A DNA stretch of 44,605 nt from assembly GCA_000934665.2 (NCBI GenBank), contig KZ538188.1, positions 62,001 through 106,605 on the forward strand. Reading direction: 5' to 3'. The DNA comes from Catajapyx aquilonaris. Lineage: Eukaryota. Position 1 is the first letter of the stretch; the number at the start of each line of letters is the position of its first letter. This document shows, piece after piece, positions 1-12,014 of this stretch. The notes under the pieces are model-generated. The model was not told where the DNA came from and did no database searches. It worked only from the letters and a program-made list of their open reading frames with translations. Both the position numbers and the translations under genes were made by a program.

Positions 1-39
1 TTCCTAATCATAAGCCATGCTTGGTAAATTGGTTCTCAC

Positions 40-2767
40 CTCGTCCAGTTCATTTCCTCCCGTATGCTCTTCTCTCTCATGCTCCTTCAATTCCTCCTTT
101 GTCAAAAATGGCTCGGAGCATTTTGGGCAGAACACAACGGGACCCACCACAATCGAAAAGTGCCTCAGTTCTACCTGCAATTTAAATTACGTTGTAAATT
201 AATTGCGTAATATCATGGCACCATTTCCCAGCATCCAATCACATTGTAACTCAATGGCTTACTCACCCCTTGCACAAAGTAGTGTGATGAAGTAATTGCC
301 ATTTTGATGGCAGGATAGGGAAGATGTTGCTCCTAAAAAATAAAATAAAATAAAAACATGCGAACATGTTACCTTGCGAATGTTAAATATGAACTGCAAC
401 TACAACTGCCTCTTCCGTCTCACAAAGGGAGGCACTACCAGTGTGCTCACAAATTTTCAGATGTGGTCACAGGGAGAAAGCCAATATAATTATCTTGCTC
501 TATTCATCTGTGCAAATTTCATTCAAGCTATCATAAAATGTCTCCAAATATTTCAACACACCTGTTCTTTTGGATTTGTGAACACACTTTTAGGAGCGTA
601 ACTTCACACTAATGATTTACAAAGAAGCACAATATATAACAGGCTTTCCAAGTTCTTGTGTCATTTTTTGGTTATCATTAATATTGCCCAAATGCAGTTA
701 TTTTTGTACAGCTGCTTGTATCAAGGTGCCCTATTACTCCAAGATGGTCGCAGAGAGCAGTTTCTATTATCACCTGGTCAAGGACTTGCAACAAGCTACT
801 AGAATAACAGTTTAGTGTGAAATTTCCTTTAACTGAAAGTATTAATATGTTAGGTGCAGTCAATAAAAAAACGAGCCGTATTTATTGTAGAAAACCTATG
901 GGACAGACGACGTGGAGGAAGGATTGCGGATATGGTTCCAGGAACAACCCAAGAACTTCTATGAGCAGACCATTGTATGCCTTGTGGCTCAGTGGGATAA
1001 TATTGTCTAAATCATCATGGGCAATACTTTTTTAAAATTATTAAATATTACATTGATATTGCCTTCCGCTTGGTTTTATTGACTGGACAGCTCTTTTGGC
1101 TGATTGCTTCCCTTTCAATCCCTCTAGCCGCACAGATACATACGCATAATTTTCTTTACGGTTGGAGCATTATCCCACCCATTCGGATTTATTGTTGGTC
1201 CCATATTTTTCCGAAAATATATATATACGGCTCGTTATTTATTGACTGAACCTATTACTTGGAACATGTACAGGGTGGGGCAAAAGTCATTGGCGGATTA
1301 AAAAGACGCAGCATGGCGTAAGTAACGAACAATTATATTTTTTTTAAATTACACTACACAGAGAAAGATATGCCATTTATGGATCGAGGTCCAAAAAAGT
1401 CATTTTTTGACAACAACACCGGATGGATGTCCACCTCTGCGGGCAACACATTATTTTCATAACGCGCTCCAGAATGTCCAGGGGAATGCTTCTCATGGCG
1501 TGTCTTATCTGATGCTCAATCTGATCTTATCTGATCAGCCAATGACTGAGGACATGAGGCGAACACCAAGCAAATTAAAAGTCAAGTGTTTCCTGGGTAG
1601 GTCATTTCGAGATTTGGGGCCATTTCATGGCAGCTGCGGTCGCCGGATTCGACCACCCCCGACTTATTATGGGTACCTGAAGAGCTTGGTGTTCGCCACA
1701 TGTCCTCAGTCATTGGCTGATCAGATCAGATCAGATTGAGGATCAGATAAGACACGCCATGAGAAACATTCCCCTGGACATGCTGGAGCGCGTTATGAAG
1801 GGTTTTGTCCGGCCCTTGGAGGAATAATGTGTTGCCCGCAGAGGTGGACATCCATCCGGTGTTGTTTTCAAAAAGTCACTTTTTTGGACCTCGATCCATA
1901 AATGGCATATCTTTCTCTGTGTAGTGTAATTTTTTTTAAATATAATTGTTCGTTACTTACGCCATGCTGCGTCTTTTAAATCCGCCAATGACTTTTGCCC
2001 CACCTTGCATATTCCTCCACAGGATTACATAACATCAAAATTAAGGAGGTGAACCACCACTTGCGAGTGACTCTCATGAATAATTTGTCAATGGTTGCAT
2101 GGGTGATAGGCAGTCTTGATGCTGTTAGTCCTAAAGTATGGTTGGGTTAATAATTTTGTAAGGATGAGCGATATTTGCAATGTGCAAAGTGCTCATATGT
2201 AATTTTAAAATGTGATTCGTAATCTGGTGCAATTTTCATTCCAGCTAGCTGCTGCTCAACTCCAATTTACTTACTTCAGGTGGTTCTTCCATGACCTTGT
2301 CGTCTGCCTCGGACTTGACACTCTGCAGTGATGAAAGGACACGTGTTTCAAGGGCTTCCCTGCCAACAAGGCCATCGTCAGTCGCCCCATCCCGACCTCC
2401 TCCTCCTTCTCCCTTGACGTGGCATATTGGCCACAGAGCTGGTCCTTCCTCCTGAAGAAGACAACAATTCGAATGATGAGAAGGGTGTCCATGGCCACCA
2501 TTTCCAATGCCCCCAATCCCCCTCCTCCCCAAACAACCGCAATGCCAAGTGGGGGCCAACCTCCACTTTGATGTCCATCTCCAGTCCTCCTCCTTCTTCT
2601 TCCTCCTTCACCTGGCCACCATCTCCTGGTCCATCCTTCTCTTCTGCATTCCTCCTGACCAGGTCCCACCTGCTGTGCGTGAAGCTGTGCACCAGGAGCT
2701 CCAGGTGCGTGGGGAATGTCTGGAGGCAGCAGCGACACTCGTGCAGGGCGCTGGAGGTCGGGTCCAT
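40..2767 (-). CDS. C2H2 zinc-finger cluster gene A, 5' coding exons only (finger-array exon expected beyond the window start)
   Basis: GT-AG bounded phase-0 exons 2767-2561 (MDPT..CRCCLQTFPTHLELLVHSFTH..IKVE), 2451-2275 (EEGPALW..EPPE), 332-267 (EQHL..YFVQG), 174-40 (VELRHF..CPKC..HEREEH..DE); all multiples of 3 and collinear with units B-F; leader-exon donor at 3220. Confidence 0.8.
850..1255 (+). mobile_element. Internally deleted mariner-like element
   Basis: Imperfect TIRs taggtgcagtcaataaaaaaacgagccgta / tacggctcgttatttattgactgaaccta; interior ~895-1035 translates DDVEEGLRIWFQEQPKNFYEQTIVCLVAQWDNIV, resembling a mariner transposase C-terminus. Confidence 0.7.
1271..2007 (+). mobile_element. 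Tc1/mariner-derived foldback element with ~300-bp inverted arms
   Basis: TA|CAGGGTG start; arms ~1271-1571 and ~1684-2007 are reverse complements; spacer carries a frameshifted remnant of the W..RSPD..PD..WGYLKSLVF transposase motif. Confidence 0.8.
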
Positions 2768-3220
2768 CACTGGGAAAAAAAAAGCAGTGTTTGTCCTGTG
2801 ATGAGTATGACAGTTGCAAATTGACGGTCATGTAACCATCTTTTGTCCTGCAGGCCAACAAACGTTATTTTCGCTTTATCAATTAATAAGGTACCGCAGT
2901 TGGTGCTCGGCAAAGTCCCATTAATGTTAGATGGCTTGCGGCACTACAAGATGGTCCCACATGAAGTGCTCAGCTTGCTATGGCTTGAAACGATCTAAAA
3001 TCATTCGGCCATTGCTCCAGACTGTGCCTGGCAGTGCCACAATACAAAACGGCCCTCGTGCAATCACTCCAAAGCCATACACATGACAACCAACAAAAGG
3101 AATGTTGTCCTGGATCCAAATCCATCTTTTCCCTGCGTAATTACCGAAATGCGGTGACCAAGCAGCAGGGGAAGAGCAAAAGGGGGCACACGAGCACCAC
3201 CCAGGCGGGAGGAGGCTTAC

Positions 3221-3315
3221 CGTTTGCATCCAAACGAAAGGGACCAAACCAGAACAGCAAGCTTCAGAGTTCGGCCATGTTGGGCCAGTCCGAATAGCAA
3301 CGGCTTGTCTGGCCC
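3221..3315 (-). promoter_or_regulatory. Conserved promoter/leader-exon cassette of gene A with uORF MAEL* (3278-3264)
   Basis: Minus-strand tattcggactggcccaacATGgccgaa is shared with 12064-12090, 21773-21799 and 27213-27239; splice donor acg|gtaagc at 3220. Confidence 0.65.
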
Positions 3316-3835
3316 TTAGACCATATATACCTGTAGACGCTCCCCTCCCGTTTACGAGCAAACGCAGAAGTGAAACCACCCACTCTGAGGGGGGATCACG
3401 TGACTTAGGGCAAAAGGGAGGCGGGAAGGCGAAATTAACATGGCGCCTTATGGGGATTACGACTATCTTTGCGCCGTCACTGGCAGGCGCCTATTGGGAC
3501 TAAAAATATGCAATGGGTACCAAATGATAGCTCCACTCATGCCCCGTCTCATGCCGTACATCTCCATCCGAGAGGTTGAGCGGGGAAGGCCATAAAAAAT
3601 CCTACACTTTGTCATTGTTTCTCGCCGGAAGTGCAGTTTGTGTCACTACATCACTCAAACAACCACATTGAAATGTTCCAAATTTTAATATGTTGTACAG
3701 ACAATCTTCCTCTGCATATTTCACCAACTCGGGGCCGATTATTGAGGTTGATTTAATTATTCGGAAATAAAAAAGTGATATCGGAACTTAGGGCAGCTTC
3801 AGTTAGGTACTGATTGATCAAAGTCTGTGCAAAAC

Positions 3836-3837
<2 letters not shown>

Positions 3838-3894
<57 letters not shown>

Positions 3895-3970
3895 GTAGTA
3901 GTAGTAGTAGTAGTAGCAGTAATAATAATAATTGTGCCTATTATTATTATTATTATTATTACATTATTAT
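3838..3970. repeat. Compound microsatellite (ATA)n(GTA)n...(TAT)n
   Basis: Directly visible trinucleotide runs. Confidence 0.95.
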
Positions 3971-3980
3971 CACATTCCTG

Positions 3981-4026
3981 CCAACAGATGGCAAGGGTGG
4001 TCCGGGTGGTGGCTGCCATCTTCGGG
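3981..4026. promoter_or_regulatory. Convergent pair of CTCF-like motifs upstream of gene A
   Basis: + CCAACAGATGGCA and - CCCGAAGATGGCAG, 46-bp span, same arrangement upstream of B, D and F. Confidence 0.5.
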
Positions 4027-4225
4027 CAAATGTTGGAACTAGGTGGACCGCTTCGCAATAGTGTTCAAATTTGAATGTGCACAAAATATTCACACAAAGG
4101 CAGTATGTCTGTCTGTTGGATTTTTGCCGTGTTAAGAGCCTCAATCTTGATGAATGACACACTGTGCATTTTGAAATGGCTGTAGTGATTCATCACATTT
4201 GTAAAATTGAAAAGAAAAAAAAATC

Positions 4226-4231
4226 TTTATT
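4226..4231 (-). terminator. Putative AATAAA poly(A) signal of gene B (equivalents at 12384-12389 for C and 27483-27488 for E)
   Basis: AATAAA on the minus strand ~110 nt after the stop, followed by a T-rich tract; position conserved between B and C. Confidence 0.5.
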
Positions 4232-4342
4232 CATCCTGGGTATACAAGATTATGAAGAGCACTGTGCTCAGCCACTGCCTCACTCCAGATTCAACTGTAT
4301 ACATGGCAGTACAATCATGAAGTGACAACATATCCAAACCAT

Positions 4343-7300
4343 TCAAGAAACAACGTTTTTTTCACCATTTTCAACCTGGCATTTGCGCAAATGACTTACA
4401 AGAACCACACGTTTCTTGAATACTTTACCACACCAATTACATTCAAATTGCTGCTCATCTGATTGTCCACATTTATGACTTTTCAATTTTGCAAGAGAAG
4501 TAAAACTCTTGGAGCAAAGGTCGCACTTGCAAGAGCTCCCTTGTGCATGTGTCAACATGTGTTTATGCAAATGAAGATGAGAAATAAAACCTTCACTGCA
4601 TTCAGTGCACCTGAATGGCCTCTCTCCTGTGCGATGTCGTAACATGTGAGTGTGAAACATTCCCTTAGACAGGAGCACTGAATGACAAATGGAACACTTA
4701 TATTCCTTACTCTTGTAACCATGAAACCTTTCCCTATGGAGTTGTAGAGATGATCGGTGCCCAGTTTTATATGAACAATCTGGGCAACTGTGGTGTGAAT
4801 TGTGCACACGCATGTGTGATCGAAGAGGGGCACCGGAAATAAAACCTTTACCACATTCGGTGCACCGGAATGGTGTCTCTCCTGTGTGACGTCTCACATG
4901 AATATCAAACTTGCTCTTCGAAAACAGCACTTCACTGCAAGTTGGACATTTATGTTCTCCATGTCGCCTGGTTTTGTACCCGTGAAACTTTCTTCTGTGA
5001 AGAATTAGAGCCGATGCACAGGGACATTTATATGAGCAATCAGGGCAACTGTGCTTGGACATGTCTGCCCCATGAAAACTTCTCATGTGATCCTGCAAAT
5101 TATATTTATTAGCCAAGACTTTAGGGCAGTGTTTGCAAGCATGCTGCTCCTTGCCTTTGTAACGTACACCACTTCCGTGTATGTTCATGTGAATTTTCAG
5201 ACCTTGCCTCAATTTGAACCCCTTTCCACATTTATCACAAATGAAAGGAGTCTCATCAGAATGCACCATTAGCTTGTGACGGCTCAGTGACGTCTTGCAA
5301 CTTAAGCTCATTGAACACAGGCTGCACTTGAATGGCTTCTCACCAGTGTGACTACGCTCATGAACAGCAAGGTTTGATTTGCAAAGGAAACCTTGCCCAC
5401 AATATTTGCAAGGGTGCATTTTACCTATGTTATGGGCTCTCATCTTGTGCAGACTCAAACTATTAAAAGAACTAAATTTCTCAGGACATAATTCACATGT
5501 CATTACCTCTTTGCTGACGTGGTATAACCTTATATGTTTAATTAAACCACGACTGGATGTCAAATTTTTTTCACAAAATGGACAGCAGATAGATGCCTCT
5601 GCACTGCTACTAGAAGGGAGAGAAATTTCCCCTTCACCAATAGCATTACCTATTCCATCTCCAAATAACTTACTGAGTGCTTCATTTAAACCTTCCCCTG
5701 TATGGTCCTTCCGATGTTGTTTCAAATATCGATGACGTTTGAAGCACTTATTGCACATGTCACACTTGAAGGGCTTATCATCAGAGTGAACCTCCATATG
5801 CCTAGCTAGGTACCACGCATTAGAAAATGACTTGTTGCACTGATCACAAGTTGACTTTTTACAGGTCTGTGCACGGACATGAACACTGAGACCGCTCTTG
5901 TATGAAAATACTCTCCCACAGTGTTCACACCTGTAAGATCCCTTCTGGGTGTGCACTCTCCTGTGAAGCTTTAAACTCTTCATCTCAGTGAAGGATTTCC
6001 CACAGTCAGCACAAGCTAGTGACCGTGGCTCTTCCTTCTTGACCTTCTTGCTTGGCAATGCACTATCCTGAAAAAGATGGAAACCACATCAGGATTTTGT
6101 CATAATTTTTCACGTTTTCAATCCCAGAGTTGCACGATTGTTCCACAGAGAGAGAAGAATGGTTTGAAAGAAATGAATACTCACAATAATAAAAATTTCA
6201 AGCCAGCAAGTACAGGTGTTATAACATTGTAAGATTCATGAAAGAGACGGTCCCAAACTGACAACTTGCAACATGGAAGTTCCCATTTCTAAATCTGTAG
6301 AACCCTGCCACAATGCACCACAAACAAACAAACAAAACAAAACAAAAAATCCCTACACTCTACAATTTTTTGTTTCAAATTTCTAATCCAAGGTACAATA
6401 AATTCCATAATAATATTCAAAGCAGCCTACCCATAATTTTAGAATTAACAAAAAAACAAAACAAAAAAAAGCCCAGGCCCTGCTGACGCAAATGGGCAGA
6501 ATATATTGCGCTATAAATTAATAGGGAGTACAGTGTAACTGCTAATCCCAGGTAAGCCTACATTTATTCCTCATCCAATCCATCCTTGGTAAATTGGTTC
6601 TCACCTCTTCTGGTTCATCTCCTCCCAAATGCTCTTCTCTCTCATGCTCCTTCAATTCCTGCTTCGTCACAAATGGCTTGGAGCATTTTGGGCAACACAT
6701 AATGGGATCCACCGCAATTGAGAAGTGCCTCAGTTCCACCTGCAATTTAAATTACGTTGTTATTTACTGCCACTACTATCCATGCATCAAATCAAATTGC
6801 AGCCCCGAGTGTAACTCACCCCTTGCACAAAGTAGAACGATGAAGTATCATCCTTTTTGATGGCAGGAATGAGATGTTGTTCCTAAATTTAAAAAATTAA
6901 AAAATTAGCCAACATGTTACTATGTAAATGTCTAATATGAACTTGATTTTCACTATTTTCCTAAATTTCGCGATTTTTTTTCCTCCCAACGGTATTGCGT
7001 AATTTGGCTGAAACTGGACATGCCGTGTTATGGCATAGTCATGTACAGCTGTGATATTTTTCAGCAAATTGCGAGATGGTCTAGCAACATTTCGGCTTAC
7101 TTGATTCGGAATGACCCCTATGCACTATTTCGAGGAATTTGGTTTCTTGACTGCAACTGCCCCAAGGTCAACAACAAATCCCAGACAAAATGAATGCTCA
7201 ATTATGAGTTACCAGTGACCTAAGCAACATGGAAATAGCGATGAATTTCCATGGACAAAAATCGTGTTGCATAATGTAACACGTGCTGCTCTCGCAAAAA

Positions 7301-8338
7301 TTGCAAAACTTGAAGGCTCTGGCGACAAATGAAGATGACGTACCAGTACGAAGATTCTAAAAAAAATCACCAGTGTTATACTTGTCCATACACAACTTTT
7401 GACAGCCCGTGCGATTGAATCTGACAACTTTCGTTTTTTTTTTTCGCTCCATCCTAATGGACAGTACTGTTGCGGTAACAAAAAGCCATACAGCATCACC
7501 AAGACAAAGAGTCTCCGCGTCTCTAGATGCAGATAATCGTTAGACTTTCCCAATTTTATTGTAGCCAAACGCATTCTTGAACAAGAGTGTTTGTTCATTA
7601 TCTAGCAGCATACCATTCAGCCTGAGAGACAACAATGATCCCGTCGGCATTCTGCTCCAGCTTGAGGAATTAATTCCAGGGTCCCTGGTCACTTCCCCCA
7701 CTTAAAACCCACACAAAGCAATGGTTCAAAGGGTCAGCAAGCGTGCAAGCAGCAGGTACTGTTTCCTAATTGAATCGGCGAATGTGCTGTAAACCCCACT
7801 TCAGCCCAATTTTCATTCCAGCTAACTGTTGCAAATACCCAATCTACTTACAGCAGGTGGTTCTTCCATGACCTTGTCCTCTGCTTCCAACTTGATACTC
7901 TGCAATGGTGAATCAACTGTCATGTCAAGGCCTTCGGTGTCAAGTGGTCCATCATCAGGTTCATCGTCAGTTGCCCCATCCTGACCTCCTCCTCCCTTGA
8001 CGTGGCATGGCCACAGAGCTGGCCCTTCCTCCTGAAGACAATTCGAATGATCAGAAGGGTGTCCATGGCCACCATTCCCTGTCCCCAATCCCCCCCAAAC
8101 AACCAGGACAAGTGGGGCCAACCTCAATTTTGATTTCCATCTTCAGTCCTCCATCTTCCAGACCTCCTTCTTCCTCCTTCACTTGGCCACCATCTCCTGG
8201 TCCATCCTTCTCTTCTGCATTCCTCCTGACCAGGTCCCACCTGCTGTGAGTGAAGCTGTGCACCAGTAGCTCCAGGTGCGTGGGGAATGTCTGGAGGCAG
8301 CAGCGACACTCGTGCAGGGCGATGGAGGTCGGATCCAT
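4343..8338 (-). CDS. C2H2 zinc-finger cluster gene B, ~772 aa, ~18 array fingers plus 2 isolated N-terminal fingers
   Basis: Exons 8338-8123, 8031-7852, 6882-6820, 6739-6605, 6067-4343; all GT-AG, phase 0, open; last exon contains ORF 4343..6058 with repeated CxxC-x12-Hx3-4H/C and TGEKPF-type linkers. Confidence 0.9.
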
Positions 8339-8686
8339 CACTGGGAAAAAAAATAGCAGTGTTTGTCATGTGATGAGTATGAAAGTTGCAAATTGATAGT
8401 CATGTAACCATCTTTTGTCCCGCAGGCCAACAAACGTTATTTTCGCTTTATCAATTAATAAGGTACCGCCGTTGGTGCTCGGCAAAGTCCCATTAATGTT
8501 CGATGGCTTGCGGCACTACAAGATGGTCCCACATGCAGTGCTCCGCTTGCTATGGCTTGAAACGATCTAAAATCATTCGTGCATTGCTCCAGACTGTGCC
8601 TGGCAGTGCCACAAGTGGAATTAAGTCATACAGGTTTAAAAGAACTCCAGGGAAGAATTCAACTAACAAGGTTTTAATTATGCTTA

Positions 8687-10164
8687 TCTAATACATATTT
8701 CAAGACCATTATCTGTCTGTCTGTCTGTCTTTCTGTCACCTAAACAGATCCATACGGAGGCCTCCACATATGCCCCAGGGGTATCACTAGGGGTAGTTTT
8801 TTTACCGGGAAGGTTCGTAGAGCATTGGAATTGACCTCCGAGGTCATCCTTGGCCACGGCAGGCGAAAGAACTTTGGACGTTGGCCGCCTGTTCTAATAA
8901 TGGGCCAATAATATGACCAACAACTGTTCTGTTTCTGGGGAAACAATAATCCTTCCTTTCCCTCAAGTCCGGAGGGGTCACATCACCCTCTCCTCATGCC
9001 GCCACCTCCAGACCTTTCATTATATTCTTCGTCCGCCAAAAAAGCCCCCGTCCGTCTCCCCCTTCCGATGGCCCCCTCCATCCGCCCGCCCCCTCCTGTT
9101 CCATGCTGGTTTCATGCCCCCACCCCCACNAAAAAAAACGTCGCCACGGCAGCAACGTTCCAGAGGTTGCTCTTAATGAACCAAAGTTGCTACCAGATCA
9201 GAGATCTGCTTATTCGACAAATGTAGACAATGTCCAGGGTCATCAGAAAGGTGGAGTTTTTTTCCTTGGTGCACCAGGAGGAACTGGTAAAACATTTGTG
9301 ACTAATAATCTGTTGTTGGCGAAAGTTCATCAGGATCAACAAATATTGCACGTGAGGTTGCCTCTTCTGGCATAGCATCTATACTCTTTTGCCTGGTGGG
9401 AGGACTGCCCATGCAGCTTTCAAACTTCCTCTAAATTTAGCTACACAGGAAAATGCAAGGTGCAACATCAGCAAGGGTACTGGGGTGGCACAACTTTTGA
9501 GTCAGTGCAGGTTAATTGTTTGGGATGAGTGTACCATGTCCCACAAAGCAGCTTTTGAAGCTCTGGACAGGACACTGCAGGATATCCGGGAATGCAAAAA
9601 GGTTATGGGTGGAGTAACTTTGGTTTTGGCTGGGGACTTCAGACAGACATTGCCTGTTGTTCCACGAGGCACACGAGTCGATGAGATAAAAGCTTGCCTA
9701 AAGTCTTCTTATCTCTGGACTCATGTTCGAAAATTCCATCTCTCTACGAACATGAGGGCCTATCTGCTTGGTGACTACTACTCAGAGGAATTTGCATGTG
9801 ACCTGTTGAAATTAGGAAATGTCCAATTTAGAACCGATGCCCTATAGGAAATGTTGACATGGGATTGATCGGTACGAAGGTGTCCTCTGTCGACGAATTA
9901 AAATTTAAGGTCGTTCCCAATCTTTGCCTCAACTACCAGAGACACAGTTGGTTGTGTGAGAGAGCAATATTAGCTCCGAAAAACAACACCGTCAATCTCA
10001 TCAACGCACAACTCCTCAACCAACTACCTGGTCCTTCCCATACTGTTCTGTGGACACAGTCCCAGACGAGGCCCAGGTTATGGTGTATTGCAAAGGTCCA
10101 AATCAATGAGTCACTCATATGGAAAAGTATTTCATAACCAGAGCAACGCCGGGTATCCGGCTAG
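8687..10164 (+). mobile_element. Defective Helitron
   Basis: A|TC 5' end, subterminal hairpin gccgggtatccggc, CTAG|T 3' end, internal PIF1-like helicase remnant; both ends shared with the copy at 19273-20518. Confidence 0.9.
9248..10075 (+). pseudogene. Helitron PIF1-family (SF1) helicase fragment, frameshifted
   Basis: Walker A GAPGGTGKT, GGRTAH, LIVWDECTM, LAGDFRQTLPVV, LSTNMR and RAILAPKN motifs spread over ORFs 9103..9375, 9389..9847 and 9859..10137. Confidence 0.9.
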
Positions 10165-10992
10165 TTTACTCTATTACTCAACATGAATGCACCCTACGTT
10201 TCTTTTCATGATACACTTTTCAGGACATAGCAACAATAAATCATTTCATATGCAATTAACCCTTAACTACTTAGATGGAGCCTGAGCGGCTTCAACCATA
10301 TTTAAACGTTCATGCATAGTATTGTTGATTATTTTATTATATAATGGGGCAGTTTCAACTCCATTGCCATTAGTTATCTGTCAGATGCAAATACCCTTGC
10401 AATTCCCCAGCACAAGTAGAAGCAAGAAAGGGTAGATTTCATGATAAACATGTGGGAGGCTAACAACCGATACACCTCGGCTAACCGAGGCCTACTCCCT
10501 CAGTTATGAAGTCAGCCCACTTTATCTACTATTCGGTCATGATAGTATAACTATCTTTGAGGTAAGTCACGAACAACCTAGACACCAAATTTCAATTTGC
10601 AATTTTAATTTGAAGGGAGAGACGAGTGGACAATATCCAAGAGTTTTACTGTGAATCCTATAAAAATTGAATGAGAGATGTGTGATGAGAGTTAAATGCA
10701 TTGTAATTATCTGCGAATTTAATATGCACCACTGTAGGGTGCATCCATGTTGAGTAAAGCATAACAATTAAAACCTTGTTAGTTGAATTCTTCCCTGGAG
10801 TTTCTTTTAAACCTGTATGACTTAATTCCACTTAAGTTCAACCACTACCGCTGTGATATGGCATGAATTGCATGACATCATTTATCAGCAGTATGAAGTG
10901 TTTGACCTATCCATTGTTAAGCACTTACGTGACATTTACGTCAGTATAATTAGAGCCAAACAAATAGCTTCCCTTTCGTTTCATTTTCCTTA

Positions 10993-11101
10993 GGGCCGGT
11001 TTCACCGAGCTCAGTATGATACAACCAGGGTATTTCTCAAAATCCCTATCTATTTGTATGGATTTTCCTCAAGAAACCTGGAAGCTCGGTGAAACCGGCC
11101 C
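10993..11101. mobile_element. PIF/Harbinger (Tourist-like) MITE
   Basis: 19-bp TIR gggccggtttcaccgagct / agctcggtgaaaccggccc flanked by TTA on both sides. Confidence 0.8.
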
Positions 11102-11352
11102 TTAGTAGCATGTAGCGTCAGCACTCGAAAGAGCCGGATACTTAACCTGTAGGCCTAATATAGATCATTTCTGATTTTTTGGTGCACGGGTCATGTACGT
11201 AAACGCTGTGAAATAATTAATTTAAATTGGAAAACATTGACGTATTTGCACTAGTGGCTGCGGGCTAACCACACCCCAAGCCAACAGATGGCGCGCGCGG
11301 CAGCTTCGCCAGTTTTCTGTAGAGGGAGTCCCATATTAGCGAAGCGCGTTAA

Positions 11353-11820
11353 CCCTTAACTACGTAGGTGGAGCCCGAGAGGCTCCAAGCACTATTTAAA
11401 CGCATGTAACTTTTTCATTGAATTTTATTTCCCCCTGTCCTTCCGTGACTTTGTCAGAAAAACCTTCCTAAGCATGAAAACGAAAGAAAATTTTTTTAGT
11501 CCCTATTCTTTGGTTAAAAAAAATTCGTAACGAGGAACAGGTCCCTCCTGGAACCGCTCAGGCTCTATATCTCGTAGGTGAAGCCTGAGCGGCTCGAACA
11601 CGTGATGTAACCTTTAAATTTTAAATTTGTCCCTGTCGGAATATGCTGACTCAGCGTGTGATTTTTACGTGTTCGGAAGCCTAATGATCTGAACTGCACT
11701 GTACGTGAAAAGTCCAATATAACAATTTAGTTGATAAGCAGAAATTGAAATATACCGTTGGAGCCTCTCAGGCTCCACCTACGTAGTTAAAGGTGTTTCA
11801 CCCACCTACGTAGTTAAGGG
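11353..11820. mobile_element. piggyBac-like MITE (a truncated left end of the same family starts at 10260)
   Basis: TTAA|CCCTTAACTACGTAGGTGG ... CCACCTACGTAGTTAAGGG|TTAA; internal ggagcc..aggctcc repeats; right terminus partly duplicated. Confidence 0.85.
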
Positions 11821-12014
11821 TTAATAGTATTTGACAAACGCGCCTCGTGCGGTCACTCCAAAGCCATACACATGACACCAACAGAAAGAATGTCTCCTGG
11901 ATCCAAATCAATCTTTTCTCTGCGTAATTACCGAAATGCGGTGACCAAGCAGCAGGGGAAGAGCAAAAGGGCAAAGGCGGCCCACGAGCACCGCCCAGGC
12001 AGGAGGAGGCTTAC

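Larger units (their letters stand above)
8613..10833. mobile_element. Non-autonomous TIR element (~110-bp TIRs) in the first intron of gene B; left TIR split by a Helitron
   Basis: aagtggaattaagtcatacaggtttaaaag.. at 8613 mirrors ..cttttaaacctgtatgacttaattccactt ending 10833; left arm resumes after 10164 (ttactcaacatgaatgcaccctac vs gtagggtgcatccatgttgagtaa); absent at the equivalent site of unit A (~3040). Confidence 0.75.

Noticed and set aside
3753..4074. Poly-Ile/Val/Thr membrane-protein-like ORFs (also poly-Asn/Leu at 43824-44085)
   Set aside because: Translations of trinucleotide microsatellites
9389..9847. Functional host PIF1 helicase gene
   Set aside because: Frameshifts and stops, incomplete, and bounded by Helitron TC/CTAG termini
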